A stretch of 64,000 nucleotides of DNA from Terrimesophilobacter sp. (GCA_039927595.1 JBDSUT010000174.1:217-64216), one strand, 5' to 3'; positions 50,679 through 60,463 are shown, counted from the first letter of the stretch. A program made the numbers and translations. Notes: a model not told the origin generated them from the letters alone.

Positions 50679-50930
50679 ATGTACCCGGGCAGGCACGAAG
50701 GTGATGGTCCGCCGGATGCTGGCGGGACAGAGAGTGCACACGGAGGTGAGCCCAAATCCGATGAGGCGGAGGGGCAAAGCCAGGGGGAACATCGTCAGCG
50801 AAAACACCGCCGCGTGAGAACGAAGCCCGTTCCCGGCTCAGACCCGACTCCCCAGTCGGAGCCCCCTCGTCACTCCGACACCGAGAACGATGACCGGCTG
50901 AGGGCAGATAAGCCACCGCACTGGGGCTAG
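50679..50930 (+). CDS. Small hydrophilic hypothetical protein with C-terminal PPHW motif
   Basis: 83 aa, starts 2 nt after the helicase-like gene, ends NDDRLRADKPPHWG. Confidence 0.6.
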   Translation: MYPGRHEGDGPPDAGGTESAHGGEPKSDEAEGQSQGEHRQRKHRRVRTKPVPGSDPTPQSEPPRHSDTENDDRLRADKPPHWG

Positions 50931-51886
50931 CGAAGCACGGCGAACCAGATCAACAACATGGTGGCGAGAAAGCCGACCGCGTAGTTGATCCACAAGAACT
51001 TATCCCAGCCGCGCGTAGCCACACCAGACGCCGCATCGGAGACCGACCAGAATGGTGCAGCGGCAAGGATATATGGCACGGCGAGTGCGACGGCGAGCGG
51101 TCCGGGCCACGCAGTGGCGAGCATAAGTAGCCCGGCCAGCGCCCACAGCACAATGGCCAGCCGCACCGTCCTGCGCGCTCCGATCGCGGTCGCGATCGAG
51201 TGGATGTTGGCGGCGCGATCAGGCACGACATCCTGCACTGCCCCGAACGCGTGACTGGCCATTCCCCACAAGAAGAAGGCGGCGAGAATTGCCCCGAGTG
51301 GCCAGGTGGGGGTAGCTGCGGCGAGCACCAGGCCATAAATGGCGGGGCTCACGAAGTGAAAGCTGGAGGTCATAGAGTCGACGTAGGGTCGCTCTTTGAA
51401 CCGCAGCACTGGTGCAGAATAGGCGACGACGGCGAACATGCTGAGGGCGAGTACGAGCCAGCTCCACGGGTCGCCCAGAGCAACCAGGGCGATGATGAAA
51501 GGCACGGTGCTCACGGCCGACGCCACCAGAATCGCGCGGTGGCGGTCCCGCGGGAGCACTGCGCCGTGCGAGCCACCCTTGCGAGGATTGGCGAGGTCGG
51601 ATTCGAAATCGAACACGTCGTTAATGCCGTACATTGCGAGGTTGTAGGGGATGAGAAAGAAGATCGTGCCGAGAACGAGGCGCGCGTCGAGGGAACCTGT
51701 CGTGAGCACGTACGCGGCGGCGAAGGGGAAGGCCGTGTTGATCCAACTCAGCGGCCTCGAGGAGAGCAGCAGATAGCTCAGGAGGCCAGGAAGTGCACCC
51801 GCGGCTCTGGCCGTGTTCTCGTTCGCCGATCGCTCACTCGCTGAGTTCGGTCCTGCGTCGCCCTCAGGCGGCGAAGTCTCAGTCAT
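50927..51886 (-). CDS. crtEb: Lycopene elongase (UbiA-family prenyltransferase)
   Basis: SSRPLSWINTA, YGINDVFD, NPRKGG, RFKERP, AVQDV; last gene of the crt operon. Confidence 0.88.
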   Translation of the reverse strand: MTETSPPEGDAGPNSASERSANENTARAAGALPGLLSYLLLSSRPLSWINTAFPFAAAYVLTTGSLDARLVLGTIFFLIPYNLAMYGINDVFDFESDLANPRKGGSHGAVLPRDRHRAILVASAVSTVPFIIALVALGDPWSWLVLALSMFAVVAYSAPVLRFKERPYVDSMTSSFHFVSPAIYGLVLAAATPTWPLGAILAAFFLWGMASHAFGAVQDVVPDRAANIHSIATAIGARRTVRLAIVLWALAGLLMLATAWPGPLAVALAVPYILAAAPFWSVSDAASGVATRGWDKFLWINYAVGFLATMLLIWFAVLR

Positions 51887-52217
51887 GGTTCTTCTCCGGC
51901 GTGCGTTTGCCCAGCAGCAGCCACAGCGCGGGCAACAGAATGAGCCCCGCGAGGGGGTAACTGAAGTCCTCGAGAGGGGCGAGCCCGACCGAGATTCCGG
52001 TGACGTGGGTCTGCGAGTACACCATGAAGCCGAGCGCGATCATGATGTTGTCGAAGACAGCGGTGAGGATGACAAGGGCAACCCCCGTGATGATGACCGG
52101 TGCCGTCCAGCGGCGGACGAGTGCGCGACGCTGCTGGGCGCCGGGCCTCGCGAGTGCGAGCGCGAGGATGAGACAGGCGACCATAACAAAAACGATGCTC
52201 AAAATCAGGTAGATCAT
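51879..52217 (-). CDS. crtYf: C50 carotenoid cyclase subunit (CrtYf/h type)
   Basis: LTAVFDNIMI, APLEDFSY; ATGA overlap at 52214-52217. Confidence 0.8.
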   Translation of the reverse strand: MIYLILSIVFVMVACLILALALARPGAQQRRALVRRWTAPVIITGVALVILTAVFDNIMIALGFMVYSQTHVTGISVGLAPLEDFSYPLAGLILLPALWLLLGKRTPEKNHD

Positions 52218-52537
52218 GATTGCTTCCTCGCCCGCAGGAGCCGATCCGCGCCCATCAGGACCACCATGGTGAGGTAGCACAGGAAGGTGAGGAAGAAGAG
52301 TTCCTCGAGAGGGAACTCCGGGGCTAGCACGATGCCAGACATGAAGTCGGTTTCTCCGCGAGCGAAGATACCAAAGGAGATTCCGAATGCATCCCAGGCA
52401 AGAAAGAAAGCGAGCCCGATACCCAAAGTGATAGCAGCGCGCTGAGGGTCCCGCCACAAGAACAGTCGGTACCGAAAGTCGAGCAATGCAATGCAGCCCA
52501 GTGTGACGATCAGCGCAGCGAGGTACAACAAATTCAC
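52214..52537 (-). CDS. crtYe: C50 carotenoid cyclase subunit (CrtYe/g type)
   Basis: LLDFRYRL, FFLAWD, PLEELFFL. Confidence 0.8.
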   Translation of the reverse strand: MNLLYLAALIVTLGCIALLDFRYRLFLWRDPQRAAITLGIGLAFFLAWDAFGISFGIFARGETDFMSGIVLAPEFPLEELFFLTFLCYLTMVVLMGADRLLRARKQS

Positions 52538-54141
52538 GGTGCTTCCTTCGCGAGTGGCGCGGGTGCGAGTGGCTCGTGTAGCGGCCCGGTGGAGGTGTCA
52601 TTGCGCAAGCGTTTGATCACTAACTCTGCACTGATCAGACACATCGGCAGACCGATTCCCGGCACCGTCGTGCCGCCAGCATAGTAGAGCCCAGCAACTT
52701 TCTTGGATTGGTTGCTGCCGCGCAAAAATGCGCTCTGTTTGAGCGTGTGGGCTGGGCCGAGTGCACTTCCTGACCACGAGTTCAGGTTCGTCGCAAAGTC
52801 GCCGGGTCCGTAGGTACCTCGAACCACGATGCGGTCGGCGAGGTCGGGAATGCCGGCCTTCTCGGCTATGAGTTTGATGGCAGCATCCGCTGTTTTTTCC
52901 ACGAGCGGATCACCTGCCTTTCCGATCGAAATGTCGGCGGGCACGGGAATGAGCAAAAACAGGTTCTCGTTGCCGTCCGGCGCGACGGTCGAGTCCGTTG
53001 CACTTGGCCGGCAGACATAAATTGACGCAGGGTCGGGAATCTTCGTGGGGGTCTTGAAAATGTCATCAAAGTTGCGACGCCAGTCAGTGCTGAAGAACAG
53101 CGAGTGGTGGGCGAGCTCGGGGAGGTCACCTTGTACTCCGAGCATGGCGAGCACCGCGCCGGGGCCGGCAAGGCGGGACTCCCACCAGGACTCTGGATAG
53201 GTCTGCAGCGCGGCAGGCAGAAGCTCAGTTTCGGTGTGGTGCAGGTCGGCGGCCGAGACCACAATCGTCGACTCGAGAGTGTGCTCGTTGCCGTGCTGGT
53301 CACGGTAGCGCACCCCGATAGCGCGAGGGTTTTTGCCGTCGCTCGTGAGAATCTGTGTCACGGGTGAGTTCGTGCGGATCTCCACACCCTCCGCGCGCGC
53401 CAGCACGAGCATCCGTTCGATGATGGTGCGAAAACCGCCCATCGGGTAGAGAACACCCTGCTCCAAATCGAGGTGACTCATCAGGTGGTAGAGGCTCGGT
53501 GTGAGGTAGGGCGATGAGCCGAGGAACACCGCCGGGTAGCCCAGAATTTGCCGCAATCGGTTGTCAGAGAATCGGCTCGCGATGAAGCGGTCAAGGGGCT
53601 GCAACAGCAGGCGAAACAGCTTGCCGCTTCGCTGAAGCACATCCTTTGTCATCATCGTGCTCAGCTTCGTGAAGTTGCTGTAGAGAAACCGCGAGAGTGC
53701 GATGCGGTAGGTGTCGCCCGATGAGTCGAGGTATCGCTCTAAGGCTCTGCGAGCTCCCGGCTCGATTGACTCGAACATCGCGAGGTTTGTCTCAAGGTCG
53801 GAGACAACCTCTAGAGGCTCATCGTGGTCTTCGAAGAACACGCGGTAGCTCGGGTCGAGCCTCACAATGTCCAATTGCTCTGCAGTGCTCGTGCCGAGCA
53901 ACGTGAAGTAGTGGTCGAAGACTTCTGGCATCAAGTACCACGACGGTCCGGTGTCGAAGCGAAAACCAGACGTCGAGAGCGAGCCAACTCGCCCGCCCGT
54001 CTGGGCTGCAGCCTCCAACAGGATGACCGCATAGCCGTCACGGGCAAGCAAGCTCGCGGTGGCAATGCCGGCGATTCCGCCACCGATGACGACGGCACTG
54101 CGTTCAGCAGAGCCTTGGGGGTGAAGTGCTGTCGTGCTCAC
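52534..54141 (-). CDS. crtI: Phytoene desaturase
   Basis: GGGIAG, GFRFDTGPSWYLMP, YPMGGF, PGIGLPMCLISAEL. Confidence 0.95.
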   Translation of the reverse strand: MSTTALHPQGSAERSAVVIGGGIAGIATASLLARDGYAVILLEAAAQTGGRVGSLSTSGFRFDTGPSWYLMPEVFDHYFTLLGTSTAEQLDIVRLDPSYRVFFEDHDEPLEVVSDLETNLAMFESIEPGARRALERYLDSSGDTYRIALSRFLYSNFTKLSTMMTKDVLQRSGKLFRLLLQPLDRFIASRFSDNRLRQILGYPAVFLGSSPYLTPSLYHLMSHLDLEQGVLYPMGGFRTIIERMLVLARAEGVEIRTNSPVTQILTSDGKNPRAIGVRYRDQHGNEHTLESTIVVSAADLHHTETELLPAALQTYPESWWESRLAGPGAVLAMLGVQGDLPELAHHSLFFSTDWRRNFDDIFKTPTKIPDPASIYVCRPSATDSTVAPDGNENLFLLIPVPADISIGKAGDPLVEKTADAAIKLIAEKAGIPDLADRIVVRGTYGPGDFATNLNSWSGSALGPAHTLKQSAFLRGSNQSKKVAGLYYAGGTTVPGIGLPMCLISAELVIKRLRNDTSTGPLHEPLAPAPLAKEAP

Positions 54142-55097
54142 GAGGATGCTCCGTATCTGCGGGTAAGTTGTTTGCCCCAGAATCGGGAGCCGAGAAGAAT
54201 TTTCGCTTTTGTTGCGGCAGGAACGCTGACACGTGTGGTGAGGAGTTCAGCGGCCGGCGTTGCACGCACGCGGCGGGAGAGTTCCCCGAAAAGGGCGTGC
54301 GCTGCACGCACAGCGCGTTGGGAGCCTTCGGGGAGGTTTTCTATCTCGCTCGCCGCCTCGGCCAGATCTGCGTCAATATCATCGACGAGGGTGATCTTTT
54401 GTGCCTCGGTGAGGCGGGCAGGGTCGATTCCAGGAAAGTAACTGCGGCCCAGTTCACGCCAGTCGGTGGCGAGGTCGCGCAGAAAGTTGATCTTCTGGAA
54501 CGCGGCACCCAACTTGCGGGCGCCGTGCACGAGGGAGGGGGGAGGGCCGCCCGTCGATGGGCCGAGGAAAACATGGAGGCACATGACGCCGACGACCTCT
54601 GCGGAGCCGTAGATGTAAAGGTCAAGCTCTTCCTGCGTGAAGTCCACGGGCGAGAGGTCACGTCGCATGGAGGCAAAGAAGGGTTCGATGGTGTCGCGGC
54701 CGATGCCGGTCTCGCGCGCGGTGCGGGCAAAAGCGTGAACGACCAGGTTCGTGCTGTAGCCCGAGTCGATTGCTCGAAAAACTTCGCTCTCGAGGTCATC
54801 GAGCACTGCCCGCTGCGCGGCGACGTCCAAGCCCGCCTGTTCGGCGGCGCCATCGACAATCTCATCTGCGATGCGCACGAGCGCGTAGACATCTTCGATT
54901 CCTGGGCGCATCGATCGTTCCAGGAGGCGGCTGGATCGACCAAAGCTTGTCGAGTAGTCGCTGATGATGCGCGATGCGCTGTGGTGCGCGGAGCGAGAGT
55001 ACTGGTCGATCGCGTCAGTCAGAGCCGTGGATACTGAGCTCTTCGGCGAAGAGTGCGGCGAGGCGGGTTGGTTCGGCGTGAACTTCTTCTGGGTCAT
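54138..55097 (-). CDS. crtB: Phytoene synthase
   Basis: YSTSF, VRIADEIVD, YIYGSAEVVG, AFQKINFLRDL; start at the ATGA overlap at 55094-55097. Confidence 0.95.
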   Translation of the reverse strand: MTQKKFTPNQPASPHSSPKSSVSTALTDAIDQYSRSAHHSASRIISDYSTSFGRSSRLLERSMRPGIEDVYALVRIADEIVDGAAEQAGLDVAAQRAVLDDLESEVFRAIDSGYSTNLVVHAFARTARETGIGRDTIEPFFASMRRDLSPVDFTQEELDLYIYGSAEVVGVMCLHVFLGPSTGGPPPSLVHGARKLGAAFQKINFLRDLATDWRELGRSYFPGIDPARLTEAQKITLVDDIDADLAEAASEIENLPEGSQRAVRAAHALFGELSRRVRATPAAELLTTRVSVPAATKAKILLGSRFWGKQLTRRYGASS

Positions 55098-56164
55098 GCC
55101 GCTCGTTCTGTGCTCGTGTGGGCGACGCTGACGAGCCCCTTGCGCAGGCCATCCGGTAGGTTGGCGGCGGAAATCAAACCGCATGCGTCGCCCGCGTACG
55201 CTGCAATGAGGTCTTCAACGTAGTTTCGGGCACCGCAGAGTTCGAGCATGCCCCTGAGGAGTTCTCCGTCTTCGGTGCTGAGATCCGGCTTGCCCATTAA
55301 ATGCGAAACGGATGCCCACGAGCGCGTCGTGCGCGCGAAAGCGATCAGGGGTGTGATCTTGTTCTCTCGGAGGTCGTTGAGGTTGCTTTTGCCGGTGACA
55401 GATTCGTCACCGAAGACGCCAAGCAGGTCGTCACGAAGCTGGAATGCGGTTCCCACAAGATCACCGTACTCGTGGAGCACCTCGAGCACGTGACTATCTG
55501 CGCCGGCAAGAATTGCTCCAGCCTTGAGCGGACCGCTGAACGAGTAGTTGGCCGTCTTGTGGGAGATCATTGCCAGAACCTGGGGGAGCTCTGCTGGCGC
55601 GAGCCCCGCGCTGAGTGCGACGTCGGCGAGTTCTCCGGCCGCGGTAACGAACATGCTGTCGTCCAGGAGGTCGAGCAGCGAATTGCGGGCGTGCTGTGGC
55701 ACCTCAACTCTGGCCACCATTGACTGTGCGAAGTGGATGAGCAAGTCTCCCGCGAGAATGGCGGACGCCTCGCCCCACTGCCGTGCAAGTGTGGCGTCAA
55801 CCCCGGCTGCGCTGGCGCGGAGTGATTCGCCTCCGGCGAGGTTGGGGATTCCGCGACGCAAAAGGTCGTGATCAATGAGGTCGTCGTGGATCAGAAAGGC
55901 TGTGTGCAGCAGCTCAAAAGCGGCAGCGACATCGAGTGCCGCAAAGTCATTTGTGCCGCCCAACTCGTTGTGGGTGTTGATGACGAGCATGGGTCGAAAG
56001 CGCTTGCCCCCATCACTGGCGCGTCGTGCGGCATCCCACAGGTGCGGAAACTGCGTTCCGTAGTCACGCGCATGGTGGCGACGTTCGTTGAAAAATTCAA
56101 TGAGACGGGCGTCTACGTCGTCGGCGATGTTCTGGCTGAGAGCAGTCAACAGGGCGGTGTTCAT
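55094..56164 (-). CDS. crtE: Geranylgeranyl diphosphate synthase
   Basis: GGKRFRP, LIHDDLIDHDLLRRG, KTA, FQLRDDLLG; start at the ATGA overlap at 56161-56164. Confidence 0.92.
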   Translation of the reverse strand: MNTALLTALSQNIADDVDARLIEFFNERRHHARDYGTQFPHLWDAARRASDGGKRFRPMLVINTHNELGGTNDFAALDVAAAFELLHTAFLIHDDLIDHDLLRRGIPNLAGGESLRASAAGVDATLARQWGEASAILAGDLLIHFAQSMVARVEVPQHARNSLLDLLDDSMFVTAAGELADVALSAGLAPAELPQVLAMISHKTANYSFSGPLKAGAILAGADSHVLEVLHEYGDLVGTAFQLRDDLLGVFGDESVTGKSNLNDLRENKITPLIAFARTTRSWASVSHLMGKPDLSTEDGELLRGMLELCGARNYVEDLIAAYAGDACGLISAANLPDGLRKGLVSVAHTSTERAA

Positions 56165-56643
56165 CCGGTGGCTCGTTCCTTGCTGAGAACGAGATGGTGG
56201 ATTGCGGGAGTTGTTGCGCCGAAGAAGGGCACATGGTTTGCTTGCAGGCCGAGTAGGGCGCTGTAGTGGCTGGGGTTTCGGCGAGCCTGTCGGCCCAGCT
56301 CCTTCGGATGAACCCATTGGGTTTCAACGCCGTCAGCCACTCGCGGTTTCTCGTCACTCGTAACGAGGTAGCTGGGGTGCACTTATACTGTTCCACCCGC
56401 CGAGAGTGTGTGGTTGCTCAGGGTGGGCAATAGCGGGGTGATGCTGAAAGCGTGAATGCCGAGGTCGCGCTCCGCGGACCGTCTGACTGCTGCAAGAACG
56501 GTCTCGGCTGGCCGCGGACTGCCCGCAAAGGAGTGCTTCCACACGGTGGCCGTTCGAGCAGAGGAAACCACGCGCACGATCATGACGCTCCCGTCGCTTC
56601 GTTGCAACGTTCCCGAGAACGAAAGATGTTCGGGATCAAACAA
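56161..56643 (-). pseudogene. idi: Degenerate type I isopentenyl-diphosphate isomerase-like (Nudix) gene with in-frame TAA at 56383-56385
   Basis: HLSFS, VWKHSFAGSP (cf. WTNSxCGHP), AVRRSAERDLGI (cf. RRxxEELG), GTV*VHPSY (cf. ENExCPVY). Two in-frame ORFs abut across one stop, and the final TGA overlaps the crtE ATG. Confidence 0.72.
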
Positions 56644-56722
56644 ATCTAGCCCCTTTGTTTAATAGCTAGCCAAGGAAGATAGTAGCGTAGCATGAATCTT
56701 GCCGATGCAATAGGATGATGAG

Positions 56723-57274
56723 ATGCGCAAGGAGCCGGGCAGCAGCCCTCACGGAATCGATCCACTGATCGACCCCAGGACACTCGACCCTGACCAGGTG
56801 CTCATCTCTCGAGAGGGGATGGCGGACGGCGAACTCGAGGCGATCATGGAGGTGCTCTCCGCGGTGCGGCGCTGGCGTGAAGCCGAGCACAGAATGAGCG
56901 AGAAATCACGCAGTGAAATGAAACTGGGCGACAACGACATGAAGGCGATGCGCTTCATCATCGTGTCCACCAACCAGGGAAAGACCGTTACCCCGGGCAT
57001 GATTGCCGAACACCTCAAGATCTCCACCGCCTCCACCACAAAACTTCTGGACCGGCTCGCCTTAGCGGGCCATATCTCGCGATCCCCACACCCCTCTGAT
57101 CGTCGCGCCGTCGTCATCACCGTTAATCCGCACGCTCACGCAGAAGTGCAAGAGACCATCGGGCGCCTTCACGCCCGGCGGTTTCAGGTCGCCGCCAAAC
57201 TCCAACCTCACGAAAGAGAAATAGTGATCCGTTTTCTGGATGAACTTGCAGCAACCGGAGAAGTCGCATCGTGA
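56723..57274 (+). CDS. crtR: MarR family regulator of the carotenoid cluster (CrtR-like)
   Basis: ISTASTTKLLDRL, HPSDRRA; divergent from the crt operon. Confidence 0.8.
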   Translation: MRKEPGSSPHGIDPLIDPRTLDPDQVLISREGMADGELEAIMEVLSAVRRWREAEHRMSEKSRSEMKLGDNDMKAMRFIIVSTNQGKTVTPGMIAEHLKISTASTTKLLDRLALAGHISRSPHPSDRRAVVITVNPHAHAEVQETIGRLHARRFQVAAKLQPHEREIVIRFLDELAATGEVAS

Positions 57275-59496
57275 CGCGGTCTCCGCGCGAAACCGTGCCA
57301 TCCGACAGGACTCAGTCGAGCGCCACGCCCTCGGGAACCCCGACGCGCACTTCGTTGCGCTGGGTGCGCATTGCTCTTCCCGCCTTCCTGCTGATCGTGT
57401 GGTTTGCGGCCGCAGCCATCGGAGGCCCTACCTTTGGCAAACTCTCTACGGTCTCCAGCAACGACCAAGCATCATTCCTGCCTGCCTCGGCCGAGTCAAC
57501 GGAGGCACTCGACTGGCAAAAGAAGTTCACAGACTCCGGTTCAATTCCCGCCGTCATTGTCATTGAATCGGACGCCACGATTGATCGCTCCGCGTTGACG
57601 AATTTCGTCGAGCTCGGAAAGAAGCTCGGCACCGTGGACGGGGTGGAAACTCCGGGCTCGGGCCAGGACACCTCCGTTATCGGACCAATTCCCTCAGCAG
57701 ACGGTTACGCGATCGAATTCATTGTCCCCATCTCGGGAACAGACGGCGTGAAGACTGTTATTGCAGACCTGCGCGCCATGGTGGCCGCGGAAGTGCCCGA
57801 AGGGATGAAGGGTTATGTGACGGGCCCCGCTGGGCTCACCGCAGATCTCGTCAACGCCTTCGGGGGAATCGACGGCATCCTGCTGCTCGTTGCCGGGGGA
57901 GCGGTCTTTCTCATCCTGCTGCTCGTGTATCGTTCCATCATTTTGCCGTTCCTTGTTCTGCTGACCGCCGTGTTCGCACTGTGCGCAGCAATTTTGATCG
58001 TTTTCGCTTGTGCAAGCTGGGGCTGGATATCACTGAGCGGACAAAGTCAGGGCATTCTCTCGATCCTCGTCATTGGTGCAGCAACGGACTATTCGTTACT
58101 GCTTGTGGCGCGTTTTAAAGAAGCGCTGGGGCGCACCCAGTCGCGCTGGAGCGCCATCATGATTGCGTGGCGTGCCGCGTGGGAGCCGATCGTTGCTTCT
58201 GGCGCGACGGTCATCATTGCGCTTTTGTGTCTGCTGTTCTCTGACCTCAACTCGAACAAGAGCCTCGGGCCGATCGCTGCGATCGGCATCGTCTTCTCGC
58301 TCTTTGCGGCGCTCACCTTGCTCCCCACCTTCCTTGTGCTCTTTGGGCGAGTCGCCTTTTGGCCGATCATGCCAAAGTTTGTGGCTGACTCTGACCGCAT
58401 TCCTGAGGTAAAAGGTGAGCTTCGTGGGCTCGTCGGGGTCACCGGAATCTGGCGCCAAATCGGCACACTCATTGCGCGGCGGCCCCGCATTACCTGGATT
58501 TTTGCCCTCGTCCTTTTGGTTGCTGGCGGCTCCGGCATCCTGCAACTTCAGGCAAATGGGGTTCCACAAACCGATCTCGTTCTCACGCAGTCGGATGCCG
58601 TCGACGGTCAAGCCGTGCTCGCGAAGCACTTCGATGCCGGTTCGGGGAGCCCCGTAGTTGTCGTGGCCGACGAGGCCTCTGCCGACAAGATTGTGGCCGC
58701 ACTCGATGCGACCGAGGGCGTCAGCTCCGCTTCAGTTTACACCGGAAGTTCTCGGCCGAGCATGGATCCGTCGGCGCCGAAACCCGCCCCCGTGGTGCGA
58801 GACGGCAAAGTTCTCGTCAACGCCGTGCTTGATTACGAAGCAGACTCTGCCGAAGCGGAGGCCCTCGTGCGTGACCTCCGCACAACGCTTCCCACGATCG
58901 ATGACGCGGTCTTGGTCGGTGGGGTCACCGCAATTGCTCTCGACACGACCGACACGTCGCAACGCGATCTGGTCAAGATCATCCCCATCGTGTTGCTCGT
59001 CATTCTGCTGATTCTCATGCTGTTGCTTCGCTCGGTGCTTGCGCCCGTGCTGCTCATCGTGAGTGTGGCGATTTCCTACGCCACGGCACTCGGTGTTTCT
59101 GCTCTCGTGTTCAACCACATCTTTGGCTTTTCGGGAGCAGATGCGGCAGTGCCGCTCTTCGGATTCGTCTTTCTCGTTGCGCTGGGCGTCGACTACAACA
59201 TCTTCTTGATGACGCGCGTGCGAGAAGAATCATTGCGCCTCGGTACCAGGGCGGGCATCCTTCGCGGGCTCGGCGTGACCGGTAGCGTGATCACCTCAGC
59301 GGGAGTCGTGCTGGCGGCAACGTTCGCGGCGCTGGGCGTCATCCCCATTCTGTTCCTCGCGCAAATCGCCTTCATTGTGGCGTTCGGCGTGCTCGTCGAC
59401 ACGATCATCGTGCGTTCGCTCTTGGTTCCTGCGCTGTCGTATGACATCGGTAAAGCTATTTGGTGGCCGTCCAAGCTCGCTCGAGCTGAGGACTAA
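57271..59496 (+). CDS. MMPL/RND family transporter
   Basis: VTGPAG, GAATDYSLLLVARF, ALGVDYNIFLMTRVREE, TGSVITSAG. Confidence 0.92.
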   Translation: MTRSPRETVPSDRTQSSATPSGTPTRTSLRWVRIALPAFLLIVWFAAAAIGGPTFGKLSTVSSNDQASFLPASAESTEALDWQKKFTDSGSIPAVIVIESDATIDRSALTNFVELGKKLGTVDGVETPGSGQDTSVIGPIPSADGYAIEFIVPISGTDGVKTVIADLRAMVAAEVPEGMKGYVTGPAGLTADLVNAFGGIDGILLLVAGGAVFLILLLVYRSIILPFLVLLTAVFALCAAILIVFACASWGWISLSGQSQGILSILVIGAATDYSLLLVARFKEALGRTQSRWSAIMIAWRAAWEPIVASGATVIIALLCLLFSDLNSNKSLGPIAAIGIVFSLFAALTLLPTFLVLFGRVAFWPIMPKFVADSDRIPEVKGELRGLVGVTGIWRQIGTLIARRPRITWIFALVLLVAGGSGILQLQANGVPQTDLVLTQSDAVDGQAVLAKHFDAGSGSPVVVVADEASADKIVAALDATEGVSSASVYTGSSRPSMDPSAPKPAPVVRDGKVLVNAVLDYEADSAEAEALVRDLRTTLPTIDDAVLVGGVTAIALDTTDTSQRDLVKIIPIVLLVILLILMLLLRSVLAPVLLIVSVAISYATALGVSALVFNHIFGFSGADAAVPLFGFVFLVALGVDYNIFLMTRVREESLRLGTRAGILRGLGVTGSVITSAGVVLAATFAALGVIPILFLAQIAFIVAFGVLVDTIIVRSLLVPALSYDIGKAIWWPSKLARAED

Positions 59497-59546
59497 CACC
59501 CTCTCAGCCGGTAAAGCTCGTGCGGGGTGAGCCCGTTGGCAGCGAA

Positions 59547-59993
59547 CTATTCGGCCGTGCCCGACTCCGTTGTGTGACGGCCCTGGGGGTGTGCGGCGAG
59601 CAGGTCCCGAATTTCGGTGAGCAGCTGCAACTCGTCTGGCTGCACAACTGCGTCGGGGGCCCCTGCCTTGCGCTTGGCCTCCGAGCGAGCCTTCAACTTG
59701 TTCACCGGCATGACGAGTGCAAAGTAAACGGCTGCAGCCACGAGAAGGAACTGGATGGCGGCAGCAACAACTGCGCCGAACATAATCTTTGCCTCGCCAC
59801 CGGAGAGAGTGGGGATGGACACTATCCACGCCTTGTCGAGATTCTCGGCGTTGAAGAGCGCGCCAAGCGCTGGGTTGAAAATGCCTGCGACGAGCGCGTT
59901 GACGATAGCGGTAAACGCCGCGCCAATGACGACTGCAACGGCGAGGTCAATAACGTTGCCGCGCATGATGAACTCTTGGAAACCCTTGAACAT
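59547..59993 (-). CDS. mscL: Large-conductance mechanosensitive channel
   Basis: FQEFIMRGNVIDLAVAVVIGAAF, LLTEIRDLL. Confidence 0.97.
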   Translation of the reverse strand: MFKGFQEFIMRGNVIDLAVAVVIGAAFTAIVNALVAGIFNPALGALFNAENLDKAWIVSIPTLSGGEAKIMFGAVVAAAIQFLLVAAAVYFALVMPVNKLKARSEAKRKAGAPDAVVQPDELQLLTEIRDLLAAHPQGRHTTESGTAE

Positions 59994-60061
59994 AATGACT
60001 CCCTACGTCATTTCAGATTGTGCTCTCAGAGCGCAGCTTTTTGTGTACTGAACTTTACCCC

Positions 60062-60463
60062 TCAGGTTGCGGGTTTGCTCGTTACGTTTTTGCTGCCCGC
60101 GGAGCCCGCGGGGGAAGACGATCCGGGTTTCTTGGGCGGTGACGCGGAAGCCTTAGATTCGGAAGCGACGGAGGAGCTCGACGCTTTGTCAACAGACTTG
60201 TCTGACGACTTCTCCGACGACTTTTCGGACGATTTTTCCGACGCCGAGCCGGAGGAGTCAGCGCCGTCCTTTGTCTTGCCGGGGGTTGCCCGCGAGTCGT
60301 TGCGGTAGAACCCTGAGCCACTGAAGGAGACACCAATCGGGCTGAAAACTTTGCGCAGAACTCCGCTGCAACTCGGGCAGACGGTCAGGGACTGGTCCGT
60401 GAAAGATTGCTGCACGTCGAAAGCTTTGCCGCACTCGGTGCAGCGGTAAGAATAGGTCGGCAC
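60062..60463 (-). CDS. FmdB family zinc-ribbon protein
   Basis: PTYSYRCTECG, CPSC, FSGSGFYRNDSR; Ser/Lys-rich tail. Confidence 0.9.
   Translation of the reverse strand: MPTYSYRCTECGKAFDVQQSFTDQSLTVCPSCSGVLRKVFSPIGVSFSGSGFYRNDSRATPGKTKDGADSSGSASEKSSEKSSEKSSDKSVDKASSSSVASESKASASPPKKPGSSSPAGSAGSKNVTSKPAT

Noticed and set aside
56660-56685. TAGCTAGC-containing candidate CrtR operator
   Set aside because: The inverted repeat is too imperfect to call without comparative data.
60180-60245. Degenerate 12-bp tandem repeats (SEKS-like units)
   Set aside because: Low-complexity coding tail of the FmdB-family protein; not CRISPR or a regulatory array.
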